Below are positions 40,330-53,907 of a stretch of 64,000 nt of DNA, one piece after another; the stretch's first letter is position 1, and each line of letters opens with the position of its first letter. This DNA comes from Chrysomallon squamiferum. Lineage: Eukaryota; Animalia; Mollusca. The notes beneath the pieces were generated by a model, which saw nothing but the letters and a program-made list of their open reading frames with translations, was not told where the DNA came from and made no database searches. Location: NCBI GenBank assembly GCA_012295275.1, contig CM022675.1:248001-312000 (forward strand), in the 5' to 3' direction. The position numbers and the translations under genes were made by a program.

Positions 40330-41630
40330 ATTTCAAAAGAAAAATAATTGCATTTTTAAAAAAAAAAAAATTTTTTTTTAATGTATCTCCCTGTAAAAGC
40401 CTAGGGCTCAACAATAACCAGCTGGCAATAATGAGATGAATAAAAACAGAACCCCCAAAAACACTATTAACTAAATAAATAAAATAAATAAACAAATAAA
40501 ACAAGCTAAATGCAGTCTAGTCAAAGCAAAAATAAGAATACTGGTATTTTAACACACAAGATCTCCATGCATGACGTATAAATAATACAGAATCACTATG
40601 ACGAATACTACGTCACGCAGTCAATTAATGTCGTAAGCAGAGCCTCGTAAACTTTCGACTTGTTAATTACGTCATAAAGAACCCTACGCAACCGATTCCT
40701 TAACTACTCCGGCGCTTGGGTGATAGAACTCTTTCATTAACGCTTTTGAGAAATCATTGAAGTTAATCATTAATAAAGATTAATCTTAGTGGGTTGTTAA
40801 ATAAGGATCATCTGAAGGGGTCTATTTTAAGAATGTGGTTTAACAGAGAATTCAGGAACGATTGTTAAGTGAATAAACTTCTTCGTTGGAAAGGTTCACA
40901 TCACAGATATCACCGATCCTCAGTACTTTGTGCATAATTATCTCAAAATGTGAAAGGAAAATGAAATATTCTTTATTATAATGAGAGCTTGTATGTCTAT
41001 TCGATTGTTTCTGTGTGTGTTTGTCTGTTCTTTCATTCGTTTGTTCGTTTGTTTGTCTGTTTATTTCTTTATTTGCTTGTTTTCGTTTCCTTATTAATTA
41101 ATTAATTTAGTCATTTGTTATGCTGCTCCCTTAAATTACAACAACAACAACAGCAATAAGAACAATACATTGAGTGAACCCTGTGTTCAGGTACATTGTA
41201 CCTGTACTTTGAAATCGTATAAAAACTTGAGACTTTAGTCTTCGAGGTCTCTCATTACTCTGACCACATACATGCGCGTGATTATCGAACTTTGGTCCAC
41301 GCCTGGCAAGTATTCAGCTATTTTTTTCTATCAAGTGGGCGGATCTGTGCAGGTCGAACTCGAATTATCAGACAAGTCATCGTGACATGGTGGACACAAC
41401 TCTTCTGAATCTCCAGTGATTCTTGCTTGATTAGAAGTTTCAGTGCACAAATCATTCCACATTTAAACCCACTGGACATTCAGAAAGGTTATGTCCACCG
41501 TGTGTGTATGTGTGTGTGTGTGTGTGTGTTTGTGCGTGTGTGCGTGCGTATGTGTGTAGTCTCTTTTCCGTTCACTTTTCAGTAACAAATGACGCACGTC
41601 GTATCATAATTACAATACCCAGCTCACTCC

Positions 41631-41742
41631 CCCCTCTCACCCGCCTCTCTCCCTCTCACCCGCCTCTCTCCCTCTCACCCGCCTCTCTCCCTCTCACCCT
41701 GCCTCTCTCCCTCTCACCCGCCTCTCTCTCTCTCTCCCTCTC
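41631..41742. repeat. 19-20 bp C-rich minisatellite, about 5 copies
   Basis: ccctctcacccgcctctct repeated. Confidence 0.85.
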
Positions 41743-42106
41743 AGTATGAATCACATAACGAAACTGGTTATTAAACTTAAACGGGTTTTTTTTATCACAA
41801 ATAAAGAAAAGAATGATCTCATTTTAGGGTGAGCCTAAATATAAATAGTGAAAGAGTACGAACAATACAGGTACGTGGGCTATGCATGCATATATTGTGT
41901 TATGCGCACTTGAAGTATCTGCCTAAACACAATGCAGTGACCTTACCCTGCCAATCCCGTGAGACATAAATAATTTCCTAATTACATAATTGTACTTACT
42001 GCACACAGACCTGACTTTAACCCGTCTGCAAATTAATTAACCAGTGCAACTGGTTTTCTCTTATTTTACATACAAACACAATTAGCAGATGTCAAACAAC
42101 ATGCAC

Positions 42107-42160
<54 letters not shown>

Positions 42161-42385
42161 TTACGCCCGTTTACCAAAATCGTGTGTAATATAATGTACC
42201 CCGTTGTGAAATAAACCTCTTTTCGTATGTGGCGTCGTTAGCTAATAGCATATGACGTCACACTTTTTACGGGTCGCCCTGATTTATTGAGCGACATTTC
42301 ACGGCTCCGCCCACGTTCTACTGACAATAATATTAAATAAAATAAAACGTGTTATTAGGATTTAACAACCTAGCTGTCTGAGTGC

Positions 42386-42441
<56 letters not shown>

Positions 42442-43013
42442 TAACTCTCTTTTATGAAACAAAGTAATTATAATAAACCCCGTTTTTCCGAATGTGGTCC
42501 CGTTGCATAAGAAATGACGTCAAACTTTTATGCTCTGATTTATGACATCATTTATATATATATATATATATATATTAAAGATATTACTTTTACCTCTACT
42601 ACTACAGCTAATTATAAACCATGTTTTTCGTAATAAAATGTAATGCTATTCTTTTTTCATTTTTTCTTGTATAAATACATCGCTAAAGGTGCAGGAACCT
42701 TTTTACGAAAGCAACGTAATTGATTTTTTTTAATATTTACATTCACGTAATTACTGCATGGTAAAATATATAATAAATGTTTAATGATTTATGGTAATAA
42801 ACAACAATCAAGCTAATTGCGTGCACACTGATACTGACTTCGTTTTCACGCCCGAATATTCACTAAACAAAGCTTTCATCGTCATCGTCACCAAAACCAT
42901 TATTATTATTATTGTTGTTGTTGTTATTATTATTTATTATTATTTTTATTATTATTATAATTATTATTAATATTACTATTTATTATTGTTAATATTATTA
43001 TTATTATTATTAT

Positions 43014-43044
<31 letters not shown>

Positions 43045-44747
43045 ATTGCCATCATCTTCAGCAACAACTTCATTTTCCTTGGTACTTCTACTACTGTTAT
43101 AATTTTTATTATTGCTATTGTTGCTATTATTGTCGTTATTGATGATGTTCATAAAATACGGAATGACTGTTTTGAAACACCAAATTTAGCTTTACTCATC
43201 TACATATGTGTGCATATATATATATATATATGAAATACCAGATTTACCTCGCATACTACATGTGAAATACCAGTTTAAAACTCACACGAGCATGTTAACA
43301 AATACCTCACAAACTCACTGCAGATGAATAACAAGTTTTGTAACATGTTCGAGATTCGGCAAATTTTGATTTAAAAACGGCGGAAACAAATCGAAGAAAT
43401 AACAGATGTCTGCGTTTGTATGTGCATGTGTGTGTGTGTGTGTGTGTGTGTGCATGTGTGTGTGTATGTGTGCATGTGTGCATGTGCGTGTGTGTGTGTG
43501 CATGTGTGTCTATGTGTGTGTACGTATTCGTGTATATGTATATATATATATTATGCAGGTAGGCAGGCAGATGTGTAATACATGCATTGTATATGTGCGA
43601 GTGCGTGCGTATCCTCGTTTGTGACTGTGTCTACGTGTGTGTACGTGTCACTGTGTATATGTGTGTGCATAAAAAGGAAAGTTAATACAAACGCTATTTA
43701 TATTTGTATGTACGGTGTACGTTGTTCTCTCTCTCTCAAATCGCATATGCATATAAAAAACAGAACAACAAAACCCCCATGTAATAAATAAATAAAGTAA
43801 GAAAGAAAGATAATTAATATATCAAATAATAAATGTATTTTTAACTTACTGTATTCGCTTCGACATTTCAAAACCGCAGGTGATAAACCGCTTGAAAAGA
43901 TTACCAGATTTGATCTGTCGTAAAATCCTCCGACGACGACAAACGTGGAAATATCAAATCCGAGAAGCGAACAGTTACCAGCGAAATAATTTTCTTAATT
44001 TTTAGTCAGCAAATATTAACTGATCCGCTGTTCGTAAATTTACGGTTTGCTAATTATTTTTTTTTTGCTTCTGCTTCTTATTTTTTTCTTTTTTTTTTCT
44101 TTTCAGTTTGTCGCTGAAGCCTATCGTTCGAGGTTGGGACACACCTAATTTACATTTTCTATAGTGACTCACGACGCGCAACCTTTCTGCGCACGTCGTC
44201 TGCTTTCGCGGTGTTAGCCTGAATAATTAACGCCTACGTATTACGAGGCTTGGTGTCGTCTGTTCTTTGTTGTAACCACGTGTCAGGCTAAAGATATTTT
44301 CTTTCCCCAAACTGATTTTCTTTTCTTTTCTTTTTTTTCTTCTTTTTTTACCGTTGATGTTTTTCTTATAATCTGTAAAATATAAAAGGGGTATTCGAAG
44401 TGACTTACTAAGCACAACTGACTGTCTATACAAATGCTATGAATGGGAGGGAAAATGAGTGCATATCTGATTCTTCGTTCAACTATTTCCGTCAAGTAAA
44501 GGGTGCAGATGAGAAAATGCAATCTAGAAGTGAGAAAATTCCGAAACTTATTTCATCAACCCTCGCACTTAAAATATAATTACTCATTTATAAGAAATTC
44601 CATTTAGAAATTGATTGGATTTATTTGGATAAAAAAAAAAAAAAAAAAATTAAAAACTAAGTAAAAGAAAGATAAATAAATTTAAAAAAAAAAAAAAAAA
44701 ATAAAAATAAAAAAGTTAAAAAAATGAGGAAAAAAAAAAAAAAATAA

Positions 44748-44779
<32 letters not shown>

Positions 44780-44786
44780 TAATAAC

Positions 44787-44828
<42 letters not shown>

Positions 44829-45393
44829 AATAAATAAATAACAACAACAACAACAAATCAACAATTAAACAACAAAAAGAAGAAGCAAGCTGGTTATAAA
44901 GACTTCGATATCTGAAAGTGCAGTTACTAGCAGTACAACTACCACTACAACCTCTACGGGTGCTACTGCTTATACTGTTACTATTACAAATTATTACTAC
45001 TGCTAAAAAGATTTCTTGTTACTACTACTACTATTACTACTACTAGTACTTCTACTACTATGATTATTACTATTTGTGTTAGTATAACTACTAATATTCC
45101 TATTACTACAGCTACTACTATTATTGTTATTACTACTACTTCTACTGTCACTACTACTTCTATTACTACTATGGCTGTTGCTGCTATTATTAGTAGTACT
45201 ACCACTATTCCTGCTACTGATATTACTACTACTACTGCTACTACTTATACTACTACTACCACCCCTATTAATATTAATGATACCACTATTCCTGTTGCTG
45301 ATACTATTATTACTACTACTACTACTGCTACTACTACTACTACTACTACAACTACTATAACTACCACTATTCCTGCTACAGCTATACTACTAT

Positions 45394-45432
<39 letters not shown>

Positions 45433-45900
45433 TGCTGTTACTAATATTAAGAATGACACTATTTCTGCAACTACTACTTCTGCACACATTATATGTACAT
45501 ACATACAGACAGACGCACAGACCTACGCAAATACACACACAAAGAAACACAGTGACATACACGCACACAAACACACGCACACACACACACACATTAGTAT
45601 GAATCACAACACACAAATCAATCGCATTGCTATTTAATAATGCTGACGGAGTTAATTCCCCTGAACTGATTTTCCTGAAACTTCTTCATAAAATATATAG
45701 AACGAAAATACCCTTTACTTTTTGTTTATTTGATTTCATTATCTAGTTTCTTTCTTAACTAAATGAATAAATGAAATAATAAATAAATAAATAAATTGAG
45801 GTAATCCGGTACTTATAATGTCCATAAATCTAGAATATTACATATAAAACTTGTTGACACAAAAACGCTAACCATCTATTTATAGAAATTACCTCAGTGT

Positions 45901-46018
45901 GGGAAATACCCATTATGTCAGATACAAGAACTAACTCGTAGTCATAAAAATACAGAATTCTTAATAAAATACTTCTTAATTACGAAATAAACTGTGTATT
46001 TTTTTTTTTAGTAACTTA

Positions 46019-46073
<55 letters not shown>

Positions 46074-46369
46074 CGTCAATGTTCTAGATCTTTCTAGATA
46101 ATTAATTTTTATAAATAGCGGTTAAATACCAACCTTTCTCCATCTTGTGCAATGTTAGAATTTTCTAAAATGGTAGAGTAAAGTAAACACGCATTCATTT
46201 TCTTTCAATATTCATTTCTATAGTTTCACAGAGAGCGAATTTTCTAAGAAATATAACTAACGCATTAAAAAAGTTTATTTTAAGAATCTGGAAAGCCCCC
46301 CAGTTTACTATATAAATAGAAAAGCATATCGGACTAACCATTTGCATTCACATCAAAAACGACGACAAG
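45901..46369 (+). promoter_or_regulatory. Putative IkappaB promoter (kappaB sites, TATA box) and short non-coding exon 1
   Basis: GGGAAATACCC 45901-45911; GGAAAGCCCC 46290-46299 (reverse complement GGGGCTTTCC); TATATAAATA 46309-46318; Inr-like gcattc ~46344; donor AAG|gtaatg at 46370; acceptor ctttgcag ending at 47273, 32 nt before the ATG. Confidence 0.7.
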
Positions 46370-47305
46370 GTAATGCTACTTTTTCTAGTTGTACATATAT
46401 ATTCAGTTTGATCATAATAATGTTAATGTATTTTGTTATAAATTGTTTTAAACTGCATTATATTATATTCTGTTATATTCTGTTGTATTATATTATATTA
46501 TATTATATTATATTATATTATATTATATTATATTATATTATATAATATTATATTATATTATATTATATTATAATATATTGTATTATATTGTTATATTATA
46601 TTAGGCTATATGTTGTTAAGTTGTGCTTCATTATGTTACAAATAAAGTTTACGAGATAAACAATAAATATTTTCAGCCATTAATTTAATAATGTTGTTTA
46701 TTTCACACGGGGAGGGACTGCTTTCCATATTTATTTAACTTTGTTACATTTTTTAAAATTTCTTTTATTTTTCTTTTACCATTTTGAAAAGAGATTTTAT
46801 TGAAATAAATAGAAATAAATTATACGTGAAAGAACTAAGTAACTGTCTTAAAATATCAGATTTGTTCTGTTGAAGCTAAATTGTTTGTTTTAAAAAAAAA
46901 AAAAAAAATCAACAAAGAAACACAAAAACATAACAACAAAAAATATCACAACAAAAAAAATAAATAAAATAAAATAAAATAAAATAAAATAAAATAAAAT
47001 AAAATAAATAAAATATAATAAATTAATTAATAAATTAGAAAAAAAAATGTATCAAATTTTTTTTTTTTTTAAATGATATCTTATTTTGTTTTGTATCGGT
47101 TTGTATATTATATTATATTATATTATATTATATTATATTATATTATATTATATTATATTATATTATATTGCATTACATTTATTGACCTATGTCTTATATT
47201 TAACATTTCAGTTTTGACAGGAAACTTACACCAGTCTGTAACATTACTAATATTACTCTCTTCATCTTTGCAGTAATTAAGTGGAAGTAATCAATCGAGG
47301 GTTAA

Positions 47306-48463
47306 ATGGCATTCGACGATTCTGACATTGAAAGCGACGCGGACATTACCGTGAGTCAAAATAAACACAGCAGACTGGACTCAAGCTTAGCCCGAAGTAC
47401 AAAGAGGAAACCTGCAGCAGTGGACGGGTCAGACAGCATGGTCAGACGTTTCGGAAAATTCGACTTAAACGACAAGCCCAGCGAAGAAAACGGAGAAGAA
47501 ATGAACCAGTCGAAAATCACAGTAGTTTATGACGTAATGAAAAGTGCAAAAGAACGTTCTGGAAGTTTCAGCTCACGTGTCTCTGACGAAGGTTATTTTT
47601 CACAGTCTCTCCGCAGTGACAAGCATCAAGATTCCATTCAAAAGGTTTCAGCTGTGAACGACTCTGTCGTCAGTCCGGACTTTATAGCGTTTGTGTATTC
47701 TCAAGACGCGGATGGTGACAATCTGCTTCACGTTTCAATCATCCAGTCCGATGTGGAACTTTCGTTGTACTACATATCTCTCGCCCCAAGTCAGGAATGG
47801 CTGAATATCTCTAACACAAATCGCCAGACGGCTCTGCATCTTGCGGTCGTCCTTAAGCTTCGGCCCGTCGTCAGACGACTGATGACGTCAGGAGCGCGCG
47901 TTGACGTGAGGGACAGCAACGGCAACACGCCTCTTCACATCGCCTGCAGAAAGGGTGATGTTGAAATGGTGCGGTGTCTGTTGAATCCGGTGAGCTACGA
48001 AGAGACGCTGGTAAACCAGTACGACATTCCGTACCAGAGAATACCTCAGGATCCCGACATAAGAAATTACGACGGACTTTCCTGTCTGCACCTGGCAGCA
48101 CTGGAAGATCACGTGCAGGTGTTGGAGCTCCTTTTGAAAAGAGGCGCGAAAATAAATTCCAAGGACAGAAAAAGCGGAAGGACGGTTTTGCATTACGCCG
48201 CCGAAATGGGAAACGAGAAACTTGTAGAGTTTCTCCTCCGACAAAGAAAGATAGACATCAACTGCTGCACGTACGGCGGCGACACGCCCGTCTCCCTGGC
48301 AGCAGGGAGGGGCAATTCAGACATTGTCCGGTGCCTCATGCAAAATGGCGCCGACTGCTCGAACCTGCGCGTGCGTGAAAGTGACACGTCAGAAGACGAA
48401 GATGAGATGGATGTTGAGGATGATTTAGAGATCGACGCAGAGTCAGTCAGCTCTGATATCTGA
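47306..48463 (+). CDS. NF-kappaB inhibitor (IkappaB / cactus family), 385 aa, single coding exon
   Basis: Six ankyrin repeats (DGDNLLH, NRQTALH, NGNTPLH, DGLSCLH, SGRTVLH, GGDTPVS); IkappaB-typical NYDGxxCLHLA and KSGRTxLH; N-terminal degron-like DEGYFS; acidic PEST-like tail. AATAAA near 49286. Confidence 0.92.
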   Translation: MAFDDSDIESDADITVSQNKHSRLDSSLARSTKRKPAAVDGSDSMVRRFGKFDLNDKPSEENGEEMNQSKITVVYDVMKSAKERSGSFSSRVSDEGYFSQSLRSDKHQDSIQKVSAVNDSVVSPDFIAFVYSQDADGDNLLHVSIIQSDVELSLYYISLAPSQEWLNISNTNRQTALHLAVVLKLRPVVRRLMTSGARVDVRDSNGNTPLHIACRKGDVEMVRCLLNPVSYEETLVNQYDIPYQRIPQDPDIRNYDGLSCLHLAALEDHVQVLELLLKRGAKINSKDRKSGRTVLHYAAEMGNEKLVEFLLRQRKIDINCCTYGGDTPVSLAAGRGNSDIVRCLMQNGADCSNLRVRESDTSEDEDEMDVEDDLEIDAESVSSDI

Positions 48464-48982
48464 GAAAGAGACAGCACCAGAGATAAAACAAAACAAAACC
48501 AAAAAACAATAACAACCTCCACATGAACAAAAAAGAAACTGACTATTTGTAAATTCTTACTGAACTGATTTATAACAGTCATCATGATCACCAGCATTGT
48601 TATTATCATTATTATTATTATTATTATTATTAGTTAGTAATAGTTGTTGTAGTAATAGTAGTAGTAGTTGTTGTTGTGGTAGTTGTAGTAGTAGACGAAG
48701 AAGTAGATGTAGTAGTTGTAGTTGTAGCGATACTTATATATTACCATTTTTTGCCGACATTTGATATCATTTATTGATTTGTATTTGTTCATTTATGAGT
48801 AACATAATATGATTCTTTGTGCAGAAATCTGTGATATTTTACCATTTATACATAAATAATTTAATTTAATTTGTATGCACAATTCGTTTGTCTGTCTGTC
48901 TGTATGTCTGTATGTCACTCTGTGTTCCTGTCTGTGAGACAGGTTTTTCTAAAATTACTTATTTATTTATTTACTTATTTGT

Positions 48983-49021
<39 letters not shown>

Positions 49022-49734
49022 CTTACTTACTGATTTGTTTGTTTGTTTATTTACTTATTTATTTTGTTACTTATTTGTTTTGTTTTTTTAAATTTATTTA
49101 TTTGTTTGTTTTAATCTATATTTTATTTATTTATTATATTATTTCTTTTTCTTTTTAAATGGAGTGTCTACTAGTCAGGTTCTATTTCAGGACAAAATTG
49201 CAGCACGAGTTTGTGTAAGAAGCAAAACTAGAAGTTAAATTAACAAATTACTCATATCTGTTCATTTGCCAACAATGTTTGTGAAATAAAAGTCTTTTCT
49301 GTTTAGCCAACTGTGTTTGTTATTGTTCTTGTTGCTGTTATGATGATAATAATAATAATAATAATAGTAAATACATGATTTTGCACTCTTACTACTACTA
49401 TTACTACTACTGCTACTAATAATAATAGTAGTGGTAGTAGTGACAGTGGTATTACTGTTAATTTTGTTGTTTTTATTGAGTTATCTCTATGTTTATTTTA
49501 TTGTTATTTTGAAGAAAAAAAAAAGAGATTCATATTTATTTATTTATTTATTTGTTTATTTATCGGCTTGTTTGTTTGTTTGTTTGTATGTATGTTTTTG
49601 CTGTATCTACTTTTAAATTGCATGTTTGAAATTCCACAAATCACACAGTGCACTGTGGAGAGGGCTACGTGGTACTTCACTGTTTTCTGATATCACCATG
49701 ACGAATACATCCTATTACCTACCACACCCAGCCA

Positions 49735-49798
<64 letters not shown>

Positions 49799-49829
49799 GC
49801 ATCACTTTTTATGTCTCTTATTTTTATTG

Positions 49830-49864
<35 letters not shown>

Positions 49865-51673
49865 TGTATTTATTTATGTATTTATTTTTTTATTTTTTTA
49901 TTTACATACTTACTACTCCCACGTAAAGTATGACTAACTAATTCAAGCCACATGCCGGTTTTCCCACATGAGTAAAGAGCTGAAGAGAGCGCATGCTCAG
50001 TAGCACGTGATACTTGAAATACTACTTACAAAAAACCCACTTAAATCTATTAGGAGCATAATCGAATATTTTCGTAAACGTATATCACATTAACCGTACA
50101 TAACATGAATGTTTTCTTTTTGTACGTTATTTCCCTGTTTATTACAATTTGTCTGTTTATTCATTTATTATTTATTTTTATTTTTAATATTTATTTTATT
50201 TTATTTTATTTTATTTTTTATTTTATTTTATTTTTTTATTTTATTTTTTTTTGATGATATTGAATGTTTTATTATTTTATTTTTATTTAAACTTTTTATT
50301 TTTAAACTGTTATTTATTTATTTATTTTATTTTATTTTATTTTATTTTATTTTTTTATTTTATTTATTTATTTATTTATTTTTATTTTTTTATTTTTATT
50401 TTTATTTTTATTTTTTTATTTTTTTACTTTTGGAAAGTGATGAAAGATTTTAAAATGAAGGCTTAATGTAAAAACGTCATATGTTCATTCAAGTGTGGAA
50501 TAGACATTTGAATAGACGTTTTAATATTTTCTCTTTGTGTAACAAATAAACTGATTTTCTATCGCTAGTTGCGTGACAGCTGACACGTGTAACAGGAACA
50601 CAGGTTAAGCAACATCCCGTGTTTATTGCAGGATTTGTATTCACTCTTATATGTGTGTATGATTTGTATGTTTGTATATGTATATATATGTTTGTATGTG
50701 TGTGTGTGTGTGTGTATATATGGGTTGTGTGTATATGTGTGTGTGTGTGTATTCATGTGCATGTGTATATGTGTATATATGTCTATGTTTGTGTGTATGT
50801 ATATATGTATATATATGTGTGTATGTGTGTGTATGTATGTCTGTGTTTATGTATTCGTGTGTATATATGTATGTATATGTATGTATGTTTGTGTGTTTGT
50901 GTATGTGCCTGTGTATGTATATGTGTGTGTCTGTATATATGTGTGTGTATGTATGTATGAATGTTTATGTATGTATGTGTCTGTGTCTGTGTATGTGTGT
51001 GTCTGTATATGTGTGTGTATGTATGTATGTACATATCCTGATATAACTACGTGAGCATGCGTATTTTCTCCAGAGGTGCCAACATTTTTGTCCATCTGAC
51101 CATTATCCATATATATGTACGTCTGTCTGTTTATCTGTATATAAATACTTGTTTGTATGTATGCATGTATGTATGTATGTATGTATGTATGTATGTATGT
51201 ATGTATGTATGTATGTATGTATGTATGTATGTATGTATGTATGTATGTATTGAAGGAAAGAAGGAATGTATATATATGCATTTAAGAACATCCAAGAACA
51301 CAATAAATGTTTAAAAAATAATCATATTTATTAACCAAAAAAAAATTACTTTATAATTTATAAATAAAAATAAATAAATAACAAACAAACAAACAAAACA
51401 AACAAACAAACAAACAAACAAACAAACAAACAAACAAACAAACAAATAAATAAATTATATAAAACGAAGACGTAGAAGAATTCTGGTAAGTTTACTGCAC
51501 TCTTCCCTTTACCCTGAGTTTACTATTATTTGATATCTCGTGATTATTAATATTACAGTGATATTAAAGATATTACACCTTTTTTTTTTTAGTCATTTTC
51601 TAAAAATACCTTTTAGTCACGTCACGTTATTGATGTACGTATGTATATATGCCGAGAAGGGGGGGGGGGTGAG

Positions 51674-51785
<112 letters not shown>

Positions 51786-52178
51786 GCATATAGATATATA
51801 AACGTGTGTGTGTGTGTGTGTGTGTGTGTACAGGATAGAAAACGTTTGTACCCGGAAAAATCGTTTTATAAAAACCACTTAAAAATAGTAATAACAGCTG
51901 CATAAATAAATAATAAAAATCGCATTAGCAAATAAGTTTCTTCCTGGATCGTTTTTTTTTTGCAGTGTTTTATATATAAACACATCCTGATAAGTATGGT
52001 TTATTTCGAGTGTATTTACATATATTTCTGAAGATTGACACAAAGTTAAAACCACATTCACTGAACCAAGAATAGCATGTAAAAAAATAAATAAAAATAA
52101 AACATACATTAAAAAAAAGAAAGAATTGTCTCTTCTTTGCGAATACTTCCTTGTTTAAATTTCATTTTATTTATTTAC

Positions 52179-52219
<41 letters not shown>

Positions 52220-53868
52220 TTTATTTATTTATTTATTTATTTTTATTATTATTATTATTATTCACCATTGTTTCATTATTATGATTAACCTTCTCCTACT
52301 TTATATTCTTCTTCTTCAGTTTTTTTCTGACGTTGTGGTTAACATGTTAGTGTATTTATATTAACCAGTCAATATTATATACTGTACAGTAAACCTTTCT
52401 GTTTATCTTACACATTAATCTGTGTATCATAACCACTTTGTAAGTTATATCTGATAAAATAATATTTAGTACTGCTGCTACATGTATGACTTCAACAACA
52501 ACAGCAACGACAATAACACTAACTACTACTGACACGTCTGCCACTACCACAGCTTCCATTTAAGTACAAATTATCATACTGTTAGAACAAATACTACTGT
52601 TACTACTATGATTAAAAACAAGAGCAATTTTCTACTACTACTACAACTACAACTACTACTGCTACTACTACTACTACTACAACTTCTACTACTACTGCTA
52701 TTACTACTACTATTACTACTACTTATACTACTATTACCACCCCTATTAATTTAATGTTACCACTATTCCTGTTGCTGATACTACTATTACTACTACTACT
52801 ACTACTGCTACTACTACTACAACTACTACTACTACTGCTACTACTACTACTACTACAACTTCTACTTCTACTGCTATTACTACTACTACTACTACTACTA
52901 CTTCTGCAACTACTACTACTACTGCTATTACTACTACTACTAATACAACTATTACTACTACTACTACTAATAATAATAATAATAGTAGTAAGAGCAGTTG
53001 TTCATCCACTTTTGCTACAACAGCCACTACTAGATTGACTTCTGACACTATAACTGCTAGCACTAAAAAAACTGCTGCTACTACATCTACGATTAAAATC
53101 TGCTACTACTGCTTTACTAATGCTATGGTTACTACTTCTACAACTACTATCAGATATATTACTACTGCAATTATTATCACTACTGTTACTGCTATTACAA
53201 ATACTACTACAACTATTACAAGTACTATAATTACTAATATAGATGCTACCACTATAACTGTTACTACCACTACAATAACTACTATAATTACGTCTTCAAC
53301 TACCCTAAATTACTGATACTACAACTGCTACTTCTGCAGCTACTAGATGTATTACTATTATTTTTAATTATTACTACTGTTATTATTACTATTACTACTG
53401 CTACAACAACAATTAGTACTACTACTACAATTTCTATAACGTCTATTACTACTGCTAATACTACTACTACTATTACTACTACTACATTTATTACTATTCC
53501 AGCATAAACTACTACTACGGCTACTGTATCAACTACTACAACTGTTACTAATATTACCATTACTATGAGTTTAACAGAAAAATCCATACAGGGAAATGAA
53601 TCACATGAGTATAAAAGCTATTTATGGTAGCATTATTTTACATTACTATTTCCTTTTCTGATTTATTGTTTAAAGTTTATTTAAGGAAACACTGAAGATA
53701 TTTTCAACTCTACACTACGTCATGCACGTGGTGAATGATTGTACATGTTTTCCTCACAGCTGACATATGACCAAGGGAAACAGGGTGGTGCCTTTAGTTA
53801 AAATATGTCACGTATTACAAATACACGCCAGGCTTATCACCCTTTGAATATATAAACACACACACGCG

Positions 53869-53907
<39 letters not shown>

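Noticed and set aside
45060-45602. Thr-rich mucin-like ORF (also 53035-53316)
   Set aside because: Cryptic (ACT)n repeat, open in several frames and on both strands; no signal peptide or exon structure.
47871-48609. Overlapping and antisense ORFs within IkappaB
   Set aside because: Expected shadow ORFs of a GC-richer CDS; no recognisable motifs.
48950-49140. AU-rich elements (ATTTA) in the IkappaB 3' UTR
   Set aside because: Plausible for an IkappaB mRNA, but (ATTT)n tracts occur throughout the window, so they are not specific evidence.
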